Part shown: positions 1-8,052 of the stretch, in pieces
Numbering within the stretch: the stretch's first letter is position 1
Layout of the letters: each line of letters begins with the position of its first letter
Assembly: GCA_002325645.1 (NCBI GenBank)
Contig: DCSN01000229.1
Location: forward strand, 6,143-38,142
Origin: Pseudanabaena sp. UBA1465
GTDB taxonomy: Bacteria; Cyanobacteriota; Cyanobacteriia; Pseudanabaenales; Pseudanabaenaceae
Direction: 5' to 3'
Length of the DNA: 32,000 bases
Notes under the pieces: generated by a model
Databases searched by the model: none
Told to the model about the DNA's origin: nothing
The model's input: the letters and a program-made list of their open reading frames with translations, nothing else
Position numbers and translations under genes: made by a program

Positions 1-221
1 GACTTGACCGATACTTCGCGAATTGGCGCAGTTGTGCCTGTATATTCAGTTTCAGACTGCGGAACGTCGGAACTGGCGATCGCTACATCCACCGCTATTT
101 TTTGACCTTGATTTGCGTTTTGGTTTTGAGCTTGAGACGCATCCTTATCACCTTTAGAGCTACAACCTACAAATGCAACCGATAAAGAAGCAATAAATAT
201 CAATATCCAAATAGGTTTCAT
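1..221 (-). CDS. Efflux-pump periplasmic adaptor (membrane-fusion type) lipoprotein, N-terminal part only; the gene runs off the left edge
   Basis: Manual minus-strand translation from ATG at 219-221 gives MKPIWILIFIASLSVAFVGCSSKGDKDASQAQNQNANQGQKIAVDVAIASSDVPQSETEYTGTTAPIREVSVKS. This is a signal peptide with a lipobox (FVGC) followed by a YTGTTAPIREVS motif typical of RND adaptor subunits. It is absent from the ORF track because the window edge truncates it. Confidence 0.5.
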   Translation of the reverse strand, partial: MKPIWILIFIASLSVAFVGCSSKGDKDASQAQNQNANQGQKIAVDVAIASSDVPQSETEYTGTTAPIREVSVK

Positions 222-248
222 AACGTTAGGATTATTACAACACAAAGC

Positions 249-291
249 CAAGAAGGAAGTTGCGGCGCAAAGCGCCGCAACTTCCTTCTTG
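249..291 (-). terminator. Perfect 20-bp-stem hairpin (caagaaggaagttgcggcgc aaa gcgccgcaacttccttcttg)
   Basis: Perfect inverted repeat read directly from the sequence. It lies downstream of gpsA and the MITE-like element on the minus strand. Confidence 0.35.
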
Positions 292-332
292 TTATTATGG
301 CAAGTAGTGGCTATATGACTACACTCTATCGA

Positions 333-721
333 GTGAATAATTAGTAATGTGCGATGAAGCCGCACATTACTAACTGATGTTACGCAGATTGAAAACCGCC
401 CTCACCCCCCCAGCCCCCTCTCCCAGAGCTACGGTGTACACACAAGTTGTCAGCTATAGCGCGAGTTACTAATGATCCCCCTCAATCCCCCTTAAAAAGG
501 GGGAAGAAGAAAATTTAATTTATTCTCCCCCCTTTTTAAGGGGGGCTGGGGGGATCTAAACCCTGAAACGTAGATAGAGAGACTTGTGTGTACACGGTAG
601 CTCCCAGAGAGGAGAGGCAGAGCAAAACCCAGAAAATTCTTATTTCCCTCGCCCTTGGGGTGAGGGTCTTGGGGTGAGGGTCTTGGGGGCTTCTGCGTAA
701 GGTGAATTACTAATTATTCAC
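333..721. mobile_element. MITE-like nested inverted-repeat element of about 390 bp, non-coding
   Basis: Outer inverted repeat gtgaataattagtaat (333-348) pairs with attactaattattcac (706-721). Inner matching blocks in both arms are ttacgcaga (380-388 vs 692-700), ccctcacccc vs ggggtgaggg, and gagctacNgtgtacacacaagt. The centre holds two C5-6/G5-6 hairpins (cccccttaaaaaggggg and cccccctttttaagggggg). A tandem 14-nt ggggtgagggtctt x2 lies at about 656-685. There is no ORF. Confidence 0.6.
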
Positions 722-737
722 CAAGAAAAAAATTAAG

Positions 738-1688
738 TTAATTTTCAGGTTTAAGATCTCGCTCCATCAGTCCTTCTACCGCTTGCTGTAAATTGATCTC
801 GCCCTTGAGCAGACGATAAACATATCGTGAGATAGGCACAACAATTTTTTCGCGATCGCTGATTTCCATCAAAACATTAGCAGTATTTACCCCTTCGGCT
901 GTCCCTTGTACCTGCGCGATCGCCTCTTCTAGGCTTTTACCCTGCGCGATCGCATAGCCCACTTGATAATTGCGACTGAGATTGCTACTACAGGTTGCCA
1001 ATAAATCACCCAAACCCGATAAACCCCAAAAGGTTTCAGGCTGCGCCCCAAAATAAACACCAACCCGAATAATTTCGATCAGCGATCGCGTAATTAATGC
1101 TGACTTAGCATTTGTCCCCAAATGTAAACCATCGCAAGCACCAACGGCGATCGCAATTACATTTTTCAGCGTGCCGCCCAACTCCACGCCAATGGGATCG
1201 GAATTGGTATATACCCTAAAATTTCGAGAAGCAAAGATATTTTGAATAAACTGAGCCGCCGCCGCCTCGGTACTCGCCACCACCGTCGCCGCAGGTTTGC
1301 CTGCCATAATTTCGGCGGACAGATTTGGTCCCGACAAAACCACAAGAGGATGTTCGGGCAGCAGCGATCGCCAAATTTGTGACGGAGTTTGTCGTGTTGT
1401 TGGTTCTAACCCCTTAGTTGCGCTGACGATAACAGCGTGGGGCAGTAATTGATTATTTTGTTGAGCAAGTTGCAACTGTTCCGCAATCGCCCTGACTCCT
1501 TTAATGGAAACGGCTGAGATGATCGCATCACTATGACTAACTGCCTCCGCCAAGGTCTGTGGACTTTGGCGCGACCAAATCTGCACCTGATGATGATTTG
1601 TTTGGACTAGGTTAGCTAAAGCCTTTCCCCAAGCTCCAGCCCCAACCACTGTAATATTTTTAATGTTTTTCAAGTCTGCTGATGTCAT
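738..1688 (-). CDS. gpsA: NAD(P)H-dependent glycerol-3-phosphate dehydrogenase
   Basis: The translation has the Rossmann motif VVGAGAWG and GpsA-typical blocks (GPNLSAEI, LKNVIAIAVG, GLGDLLATC). The ORF opens at 1724, but the ATG at 1686-1688 (MTSADLKNIKNITVVGAGAWG) is the more likely start. Confidence 0.85.
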   Translation of the reverse strand: MTSADLKNIKNITVVGAGAWGKALANLVQTNHHQVQIWSRQSPQTLAEAVSHSDAIISAVSIKGVRAIAEQLQLAQQNNQLLPHAVIVSATKGLEPTTRQTPSQIWRSLLPEHPLVVLSGPNLSAEIMAGKPAATVVASTEAAAAQFIQNIFASRNFRVYTNSDPIGVELGGTLKNVIAIAVGACDGLHLGTNAKSALITRSLIEIIRVGVYFGAQPETFWGLSGLGDLLATCSSNLSRNYQVGYAIAQGKSLEEAIAQVQGTAEGVNTANVLMEISDREKIVVPISRYVYRLLKGEINLQQAVEGLMERDLKPEN

Positions 1689-1869
1689 AGTAAAAACAAG
1701 ACTGGAAGCCAGATTCCCGATCACGCCGATGATATAATAACCTGCAAGAGTCTCTCAATTTCTAAAACCCTTGCTAGTTAGATATTGATCGTCTTTAATT
1801 ATCAATATCAAATCAGGATTTTTGATTGATGAGGAATACTTTCACTCATTTCTTGAGAAGGCAGCAATA

Positions 1870-2367
1870 ATGATTGAAATGAAGGTGGCTGGGATCGCTA
1901 TTGATGCAGTCAGTCGTAACCCTATCGTTCTACTAAGAGATACCTTAGAGCGTCGCGCCTTGCCGATTTGGATCGGTGAAGCTGAAGCCAGAGCGATCAG
2001 TGGCGCTTTAGATGGTAGACCACTAGAACGCCCGATGACCCATGACTTAATCTTAAATTTTCTAGATGCATGGGGCATAACCGTCGAGCGAGTCGTCGTC
2101 CATGCCCTCAAAAACAGCACATTTTACGCAGTAATCACAGTTTCTCAAGGAGACATCAAAAAAGAAATTGATGCTCGTCCCAGCGATGCGATCGCGATCG
2201 CCGTTCGCGCCAAATGTTCAATCTGGGTCATAGAAGAAGTGATCCTTGAAGCCTCAATTCCTGTAGATCAAGATGCCGATGAAGCTGAAAGAAGAGCATT
2301 TCGTGAATTTTTATCTAAGCTCACTCCAGAGGAGCTAGTCAAAAAAAGTGGACTCGAAAGCAATTAA
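1870..2367 (+). CDS. Bifunctional nuclease family protein (DUF151/BFN domain)
   Basis: MIEMKVAGIAIDAVSRNPIVLLRD...ALPIWIGEAEARAI...RPMTHDL...DARPSDAIAIAVR matches the BFN family pattern. The ORF-track start at 1822 is a TTG, so the ATG at 1870 is preferred. Confidence 0.7.
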   Translation: MIEMKVAGIAIDAVSRNPIVLLRDTLERRALPIWIGEAEARAISGALDGRPLERPMTHDLILNFLDAWGITVERVVVHALKNSTFYAVITVSQGDIKKEIDARPSDAIAIAVRAKCSIWVIEEVILEASIPVDQDADEAERRAFREFLSKLTPEELVKKSGLESN

Positions 2368-2368
2368 T

Positions 2369-2400
2369 AAAAAAGGCGGTGCTTAGCACCGCCTTTTTTA
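2369..2400. terminator. Bidirectional rho-independent terminator between convergent genes
   Basis: aaaaaaggcggtgc tta gcaccgcctttttt is a GC stem flanked by an A-run and a T-run. It sits between the stop at 2367 (+) and the stop at 2398 (-). Confidence 0.75.
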
Positions 2401-3525
2401 GGGGATTTCGCTGTTTGACATCGATTCTAAAAATCCGCGTAGCTCTGTTTCCTTGGGTTCAATGGTGTTAGGTTGATTGATCCCAAAAAGTCTTTCAGCA
2501 ATTTCTCCCTCTCTACCTAATGTTTTGATTTGCTGATTGTTATAACTAAGCCCCACTGACGAAGCATTGCCAGCACGAATCGAGATTTGGCGATCGCCTG
2601 ACCAAGTGAGCTTTTTCCCTTCATCAAGGACACCTTCAAACTCAGTCTTACCATCAACGATGATGCGTAACCAAGACTGCCCCTTCATCACAATGCCAAC
2701 ATTAACAGGCTTATTACCTGCAAACTCAAACTTACCGTCAGCACCATCGATCGCCGAGTTTTTTTGCGTAGTACTGCGTTGTAAATCCACATTACTTGTC
2801 CAAGATTTGAGGACATTATTAAAGCTAGAGTTTACTTCCCCAAACGCAGACTCAGACTGAGATTTGTTGAGTGAATTTGCCGAGGTTGTTAATCCTTCAG
2901 GGGCATTGGCTGTTGGTAATACCACTGAAGGATTAATAACTGAAGGATTAATAACTGAAGGATTATTGGTATTAGTTGCCATTGCCGATGGATCAACAAC
3001 TGTCTGCCGCAAAACCTCTAGCCCACCTATAGCAGGTACTAGGCTTTCAACCTTTGCGCTTGTGTTAGCCTTGGGCAAATTTACCTGAGCTGCTTTACTC
3101 AAGATGGTTTGGCTATCGTTGATTTTGTTGGCATCTGGGGCATTTAAAAATGTTGCTAACAGGCTGACAGCACCAGCAATCACACCAATATATAGTGCAT
3201 ATAAGTGTAGAGGACGTAGTTCCGCCGCAGGACTACCCGCCCATTTGGTTTGAGGCAGCACAGGGTTTAAAGGGAAATCTTCGGATAAGTCGCCAACACC
3301 TAGCGCGTCACCATACTTACGGATAAATCCTCGTACATATACAGGCTCAGGCAATGAGTCTATTTCGCCATCTTCGATCGCCCGCAGATAGCGTTCAGAA
3401 ATTAAGGTAGTTGCAGTTAAATGCGGAATCGATAGATCCTTATCTTGTCGAATTCGCTTAAATTGCGCTCCGATTTCCGCTAGTTTCTCTGCTTGCTTCG
3501 AGGTTGTAATGTTCACAATACTCAC
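2398..3525 (-). CDS. RodZ-like cytoskeleton/morphogenesis protein (N-terminal HTH, TM segment, C-terminal DUF4115-like domain)
   Basis: N-terminal XRE-type HTH (LSIPHLTATTLISERYLRAIEDGE), a hydrophobic segment (LYALYIGVIAGAVSLLATF), a low-complexity linker, and a C-terminal block SWLRIIVDGK..EGVL..G....W. Confidence 0.65.
   Translation of the reverse strand: MSIVNITTSKQAEKLAEIGAQFKRIRQDKDLSIPHLTATTLISERYLRAIEDGEIDSLPEPVYVRGFIRKYGDALGVGDLSEDFPLNPVLPQTKWAGSPAAELRPLHLYALYIGVIAGAVSLLATFLNAPDANKINDSQTILSKAAQVNLPKANTSAKVESLVPAIGGLEVLRQTVVDPSAMATNTNNPSVINPSVINPSVVLPTANAPEGLTTSANSLNKSQSESAFGEVNSSFNNVLKSWTSNVDLQRSTTQKNSAIDGADGKFEFAGNKPVNVGIVMKGQSWLRIIVDGKTEFEGVLDEGKKLTWSGDRQISIRAGNASSVGLSYNNQQIKTLGREGEIAERLFGINQPNTIEPKETELRGFLESMSNSEIP
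2924..2967. repeat. 15-nt tandem repeat (actgaaggattaata, about 2.9 copies) inside the RodZ-like gene
   Basis: Read directly from the sequence. It encodes PSVINPSVINPSVV in the low-complexity linker on the minus strand. Confidence 0.8.
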
Positions 3526-3720
3526 GACATGTATGAAGAGATTGGGGGGACTGGACTACAAAAAATGACTTTGAACCAGATTTCGATAGCCACAAATTAT
3601 ATAGAGCGTTTATATGGAGATTTGTTTCTACTTTGAGCAACTCACCGTAGCCTAATTACTCTAGCCTAGCTAACTATAACATTTTGTAAAGTGTTAATAG
3701 TAAATCAATAACTCATAACA

Positions 3721-3767
3721 GATAAATTTTTAAAAGGCTTGCTTTGCAAGCCTTTTAAAAATTTATC
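3721..3767 (-). terminator. Perfect 22-bp-stem hairpin downstream of the pseudouridine synthase gene
   Basis: gataaatttttaaaaggcttgc ttt gcaagccttttaaaaatttatc. Confidence 0.55.
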
Positions 3768-3813
3768 TGGATTTGTAAGAAGGCGCAAAATATCGTAATA
3801 TCCTTGACGATCG

Positions 3814-4530
3814 CTATAAGTTTTTAATTTCTTGTTCAGTTAGTAAGCGATAATCTCCGACTTTTAATGAGGTAACTGAAATAGAGGCGATTGCCCTTCG
3901 ATGCAATGCTAGGACAGGATGCCCTAATTGTTCAGCAACCTTCCTGATTTGACGGTTACGCCCCTCTGACAAAATAATTTGCAATCTGGTTTTGGGATGT
4001 TGGGAATGCTCAATTTGCTGGATTTGTACGGTGGCGGGTAAAGTCATTTTGCCTTCTAATAAAACTCCTTCTTGCCACTGTTTAAGGGTTTGCCGACTGG
4101 GAATATCCTTTACCCAAACCTCGTAGGTTTTTGCGACATGGTGGCGCGGGTGCATCAGATAGTTGGCAAATTCGCCATCATTGGTCAAAATTAACGCGCC
4201 ACTGCTGTTATAGTCCAATCTTCCTACGGGATAAACCTGTTTATATGGGGATGGCAATAGATCGAGAACTGTTTTTCTGCCTTGGGGATCATCACAGGTA
4301 CTCACTACACCCATGGGTTTGTTGATTAATAAATAGATAAATTCTGGAGCCTTGGTTTGTAATAATTTTCCATCAACTTCAATGCGATCGCGGTCAGGGT
4401 CAGCCTTAGTTCCTAATTCTCTAATTTGCTTCCCATTGATCCAAACTCGTCCTGACAAAATAATCTGTTCAGCTTCACGGCGTGAAGCAAGGCCATAGCG
4501 AGAGAGAATCTTTTGGAGGCGATCGAGCAT
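3814..4530 (-). CDS. Pseudouridine synthase, RsuA/RluB family (S4 domain + catalytic domain)
   Basis: MLDRLQKILSRYGLASRREAEQII..GRV.ING (S4 domain) and GRLDYNSSGALILTNDG (catalytic Asp motif). The ORF-track start at 4596 runs through a hairpin, so the ATG at 4528-4530 is preferred. Confidence 0.8.
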   Translation of the reverse strand: MLDRLQKILSRYGLASRREAEQIILSGRVWINGKQIRELGTKADPDRDRIEVDGKLLQTKAPEFIYLLINKPMGVVSTCDDPQGRKTVLDLLPSPYKQVYPVGRLDYNSSGALILTNDGEFANYLMHPRHHVAKTYEVWVKDIPSRQTLKQWQEGVLLEGKMTLPATVQIQQIEHSQHPKTRLQIILSEGRNRQIRKVAEQLGHPVLALHRRAIASISVTSLKVGDYRLLTEQEIKNL

Positions 4531-4793
4531 ACAGTCTGTTGAGGCTTCAAGTAGTATGAAGAAATTTTTGAAAGCGCGGCTCTGCGGCGCTTTCAAAAAT
4601 TTCTTTGGGTTTTAATGATGTCTTAAGTGAATGGTGGAAAGTACTTTCCACCATTCACAATCATAATTGCTTTGTACATATGCTTTGTGTAACAAGGGGC
4701 TTAAGCCCCTTGTTCTTTATATTTACACAATGCAAGTGATTATGCGCTTATTGCATATAGATATTGCCATTATTAAATAATAGTTAAAAATAT

Positions 4794-4807
4794 GTAGCTG
4801 TTTATAC
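4794..4807 (+). promoter_or_regulatory. NtcA-type binding site (GTA-N8-TAC) of the nirA operon promoter
   Basis: gtagctgtttatac fits GTAN8TAC. A TAN3T -10 candidate (tagtgt, 4830-4835) begins 22 nt after the box. That spacing places the box centre near -41.5 and a predicted TSS near 4842. Confidence 0.6.
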
Positions 4808-4892
4808 GCATTTAGATCGAAACGTTAAGTAGTGTAAACCCTATACCAAGTTGAAATACAGCTTAAAAGTTAGATATTTACAATTTTGCATA

Positions 4893-4940
4893 TTTATAAA
4901 AAAGTTTATAAAAAAGTTTATAAAAAAGTTTATAAAAAAG
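4893..4940 (+). repeat. Four perfect tandem copies of the 12-nt unit tttataaaaaag in the nirA leader
   Basis: Read directly from the sequence. It is followed immediately by a HIP1 site (4941-4948). It produces the artefactual FIKKFIKKFIKK stretch in the ORF track. Confidence 0.95.
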
Positions 4941-4988
4941 CGATCGCATCTATCTATTTCTCTCCAGCATGAGCCAAGGATAAGTAAC

Positions 4989-6548
4989 ATGGCAAACAAA
5001 ATTGAAGATCTGAAGATGGCCAAGGATGGGCTTGCGCTTAAAGCCGAAATTGATCGTTTCGCCGAAATTGGTTGGGAAGCGATCGATGACGACGACTTAC
5101 AATATCGGTTGAAATGGCTCGGTATCTTCTTTCGCAAAAGTACTCCTGGTCGTTTTATGGTCAGGATGCGGGTTCCCAACGGGCTAATCAATAACGATCA
5201 AATGCGCGTCCTCGCCTCGGTAGTTGAGAAATGTGGTGAGCATGGCGTTGCTGATATTACTACACGTCAAAATATCCAAATGCGCGGAATTTTGATCGAA
5301 GATGTGCCTGAGATGTTAGCGAAGTTCCGTTCTGTTGGACTTACCAGTGTCCAGTCAGCAATGGATAACATCCGTAATATTACGGGTTCGCCCGTGGCGG
5401 GGCTTGACGCAAATGAGCTTTACGACACCCGCGAACTAGCGATACAGGTTCAAAATTTGCTAACCAACAACGGTGAAGGCAATCCTGCTTTTACGAATTT
5501 GCCGCGCAAGTTTAATATTGCGATCGCAGGCTGTCGGGATAATTCCACCCATGCCGAAATCAATGATTTAGCCTTTGTGCCAGCCTTTAAAGAAGTATCT
5601 AAACAAACTTTTGGATTTAATGTACTTGTCGGTGGATTTTTCTCAGCGAAGCGAGTTGAAGCTGCAATCCCTTTGAATGTATGGGTTCCACCTGAAGATG
5701 TAGTTGCTCTATGTGAAGCCCTATTGATTGTCTATCGTGATCATGGATTACGCGAAAAGCGAGATAAATCCCGTTTAATGTTTTTAATCGACCAATGGGG
5801 AATTGAGAAATTCCGTGCCGAAGTTGAGAAACAACTCGGTAAAACCCTTGCCACTGCTGCTCTCAAGGACGAAATTGAATGGGAAAAGCGGGATCATATC
5901 GGCGTTCATCCCCAAAAGCAGGAAGGATTGAGCTATGTCGGTTTACAAATTCCTGTTGGTCGGATGTATGCCCCTGACATGTATGAGTTTGCCCGTCTTG
6001 CTGAGACTTACGGCAATGGTGATATGCGTCTCACCGTAGAGCAGAATCTCCTAATTACCAATGTCAGTGATCAGAAATTACCAGCGCTTCTGCAAGAATC
6101 GCTACTTCAGAAGTTTCCCGTCAATCCTGACAACCTCATGCGGGGATTGGTTTCCTGTACGGGTAATCAATTTTGTCCTGTGGCGATCGTGGAAACCAAA
6201 AATCGTTCTCTCGCTCTGACCAAACAACTCAGCGAAGATTATCACCTTCCCAAAGTAGTTCGTATTCATTGGAGTGGTTGCCCGAACTCTTGCGCTCAGC
6301 CACAGGTTGCCGATATTGGCTTCACAGGTTGCAAAGCGCGGAAAAACGGCAAAGTTGTCGATGGTGTTGACATATATATGGGAGGCACTGTTGGCAAAGA
6401 AGCCCATCTCGGTAAATGCGTGATGGAAAAAATCCCCTGCGAAGATTTGCGCGAAGTTGTCGGCAAGCTTTTAGTCGAACAATTTGGCGCAATTCCCAAG
6501 CAACAGGCGATCGCTGAACCTTCAGCCGAACTGGTCGCCGTTGGCTAA
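4989..6548 (+). CDS. nirA: Ferredoxin-nitrite reductase
   Basis: Sirohaem/4Fe-4S Cys cluster region (SCTGNQFCP...GCPNSCAQ) and NirA-like blocks (RLKWLGIFFR, TTRQNIQ.RG). Genomic context is upstream of nrtABDC-narB. The start is taken at the ATG at 4989 (MANKIEDLK), after the tandem repeat. Confidence 0.9.
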   Translation: MANKIEDLKMAKDGLALKAEIDRFAEIGWEAIDDDDLQYRLKWLGIFFRKSTPGRFMVRMRVPNGLINNDQMRVLASVVEKCGEHGVADITTRQNIQMRGILIEDVPEMLAKFRSVGLTSVQSAMDNIRNITGSPVAGLDANELYDTRELAIQVQNLLTNNGEGNPAFTNLPRKFNIAIAGCRDNSTHAEINDLAFVPAFKEVSKQTFGFNVLVGGFFSAKRVEAAIPLNVWVPPEDVVALCEALLIVYRDHGLREKRDKSRLMFLIDQWGIEKFRAEVEKQLGKTLATAALKDEIEWEKRDHIGVHPQKQEGLSYVGLQIPVGRMYAPDMYEFARLAETYGNGDMRLTVEQNLLITNVSDQKLPALLQESLLQKFPVNPDNLMRGLVSCTGNQFCPVAIVETKNRSLALTKQLSEDYHLPKVVRIHWSGCPNSCAQPQVADIGFTGCKARKNGKVVDGVDIYMGGTVGKEAHLGKCVMEKIPCEDLREVVGKLLVEQFGAIPKQQAIAEPSAELVAVG

Positions 6549-6599
6549 CAATCCTCAAAATTAAATTCTCAAACCTCAATCAGTTATTAAAGGAAATTC

Positions 6600-7931
6600 A
6601 TGAGTACATTCTCTCGTCGCAAATTTTTAACCACCGCAGGGCTTTCTACCGTTAGCGCGATCGCTCTCAACGCTTGTGGTGGCAGTGAAACTCCTACGAC
6701 TACAACCGCCGCAAGTCCCACCACGACTAAGGCTGCGGCTGCTCCCGTCAATGCTGCTGATGCCCCTGAAGTCACTAAAGCTAAATTGGGATTCATCGCT
6801 CTCACCGATGCATCTCCTCTAATTATTGCTTTGGAGAAAGGCTACTTCAAGAAATACGGCATGACCAATGTTGAAGTTCTCAAACAAGCATCATGGGGAA
6901 CCACCCGCGATAACATTGTCCTTGGCTCCGATGCAGGTGGTATCGATGGCGCTCACATTCTCACCCCCATGCCTTACCTAATTGCCGAAGGTAAGATTAC
7001 TAACGGCAACAAAGTGCCAATGTATATTTTGGCAAGACTGAATACCAATGGACAAGCGATTTCGATCGCTAATGATTTTAAAGATGCCAAGATTGCTCTC
7101 AAGAGTGATGCTTTAAAGGATACTTTCGCCAAAATCAAAGCGGGCGGTAAAGATCTTAAATGTGCTGTTACCTTCCCAGGAGGGACTCACGATCTCTGGA
7201 TGCGCTATTGGTTAGCAGCGAATGGCGTTGACCCTGACAAGGATGTATCAACGATCGTCGTACCACCGCCACAGATGGTTGCCAATATGAAGGCTGGCAA
7301 TATGGAAGCTTTCTGTGTAGGAGAACCTTGGAATGCTCGACTCATTGAGCAGAAATCTGGTTACACGGCTTTGATTACAGGCGAACTATGGAAGGATCAC
7401 CCTGAAAAAGCATTTTCACTCAGGGCTGATTGGGTAGACAAAAATCCTAGGGCGGCAATGGCTCTGCTCAAAGCCGTTTTGGAAGCACAGGTATGGTGCG
7501 AAGATCCCGCTAATAAGGAAGAAATGTGCAAGATTGTCGGCGCTGACAAGTGGTTTAAGGTTCCACCTGCCGAAATTTTGGGTAGACAGCAGGGCAAGGT
7601 CGATTACGGCGATGGGCGCACTTTGGACAGCACAGATTTGTCGATGAAGTTCTGGAAAGATAATGCTTCTTATCCCTTCAAGAGTCACGATCTTTGGTTC
7701 CTTACCGAAGATATCCGTTGGGGATATTTTGATGCAACTCTGGATACCAAGGCACTGGTTGATAAGGTTAATCGTGAAGATCTATGGAAAGAAGCTGCCA
7801 AGGCGATCGGCAAGGAAGCCGATATTCCTAAGAGTACTTCTCGTGGTATTGAAACCTTCTTTGATGGCGTGAAGTTTGATCCTGAGAATCCTAAAGCTTA
7901 TTTGGATGGACTCAAGATCAAGAAGGTTTAG
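6600..7931 (+). CDS. nrtA: Nitrate/nitrite ABC transporter substrate-binding lipoprotein
   Basis: Twin-Arg-like signal with a lipobox (RRKFLTTAGLSTVSAIALNACGG), then the NrtA/CmpA pattern (KLGFIALTDASPLI, VGEPWN). Context also supports the call. Confidence 0.9.
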   Translation: MSTFSRRKFLTTAGLSTVSAIALNACGGSETPTTTTAASPTTTKAAAAPVNAADAPEVTKAKLGFIALTDASPLIIALEKGYFKKYGMTNVEVLKQASWGTTRDNIVLGSDAGGIDGAHILTPMPYLIAEGKITNGNKVPMYILARLNTNGQAISIANDFKDAKIALKSDALKDTFAKIKAGGKDLKCAVTFPGGTHDLWMRYWLAANGVDPDKDVSTIVVPPPQMVANMKAGNMEAFCVGEPWNARLIEQKSGYTALITGELWKDHPEKAFSLRADWVDKNPRAAMALLKAVLEAQVWCEDPANKEEMCKIVGADKWFKVPPAEILGRQQGKVDYGDGRTLDSTDLSMKFWKDNASYPFKSHDLWFLTEDIRWGYFDATLDTKALVDKVNREDLWKEAAKAIGKEADIPKSTSRGIETFFDGVKFDPENPKAYLDGLKIKKV

Positions 7932-8052
7932 AAACTCTCGTTAGATCAGGCGGCGCAGAGCGCCGCCCCTAACCAATCATCTCTAACAAGGGGCTGAAGT
8001 CCCTTGTCATCATTTCAAATATTCATCTTTAACATTTTAGGAGATACCCAAA

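Noticed and set aside
2567-3088. Two plus-strand ORFs (97 and 74 aa) opposite the RodZ-like gene
   Set aside because: They are shadow ORFs in the low-complexity linker and repeat region of a supported minus-strand gene.
4531-4596. Upstream start for the pseudouridine synthase (MKAPQSRAFKNFFILLEASTDC...)
   Set aside because: The extra 22 codons are the translation of a perfect hairpin (4559-4604). The conserved S4 domain begins right at the internal ATG at 4528-4530.
4834-4846. Second NtcA-like site gtaaaccctatac
   Set aside because: Its spacing is GTA-N7-TAC, not N8, and it overlaps the predicted -10/TSS region of the better site at 4794-4807.
4851-4988. N-terminal extension of nirA (MKYSLKVRYLQFCIFIKKFIKKFIKKFIKK...) and the opposite-strand ORF at 4841-5191
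   Set aside because: The extension is simply the translation of the A/T-rich leader and its 12-nt tandem repeat. Conserved NirA sequence begins at the ATG at 4989.
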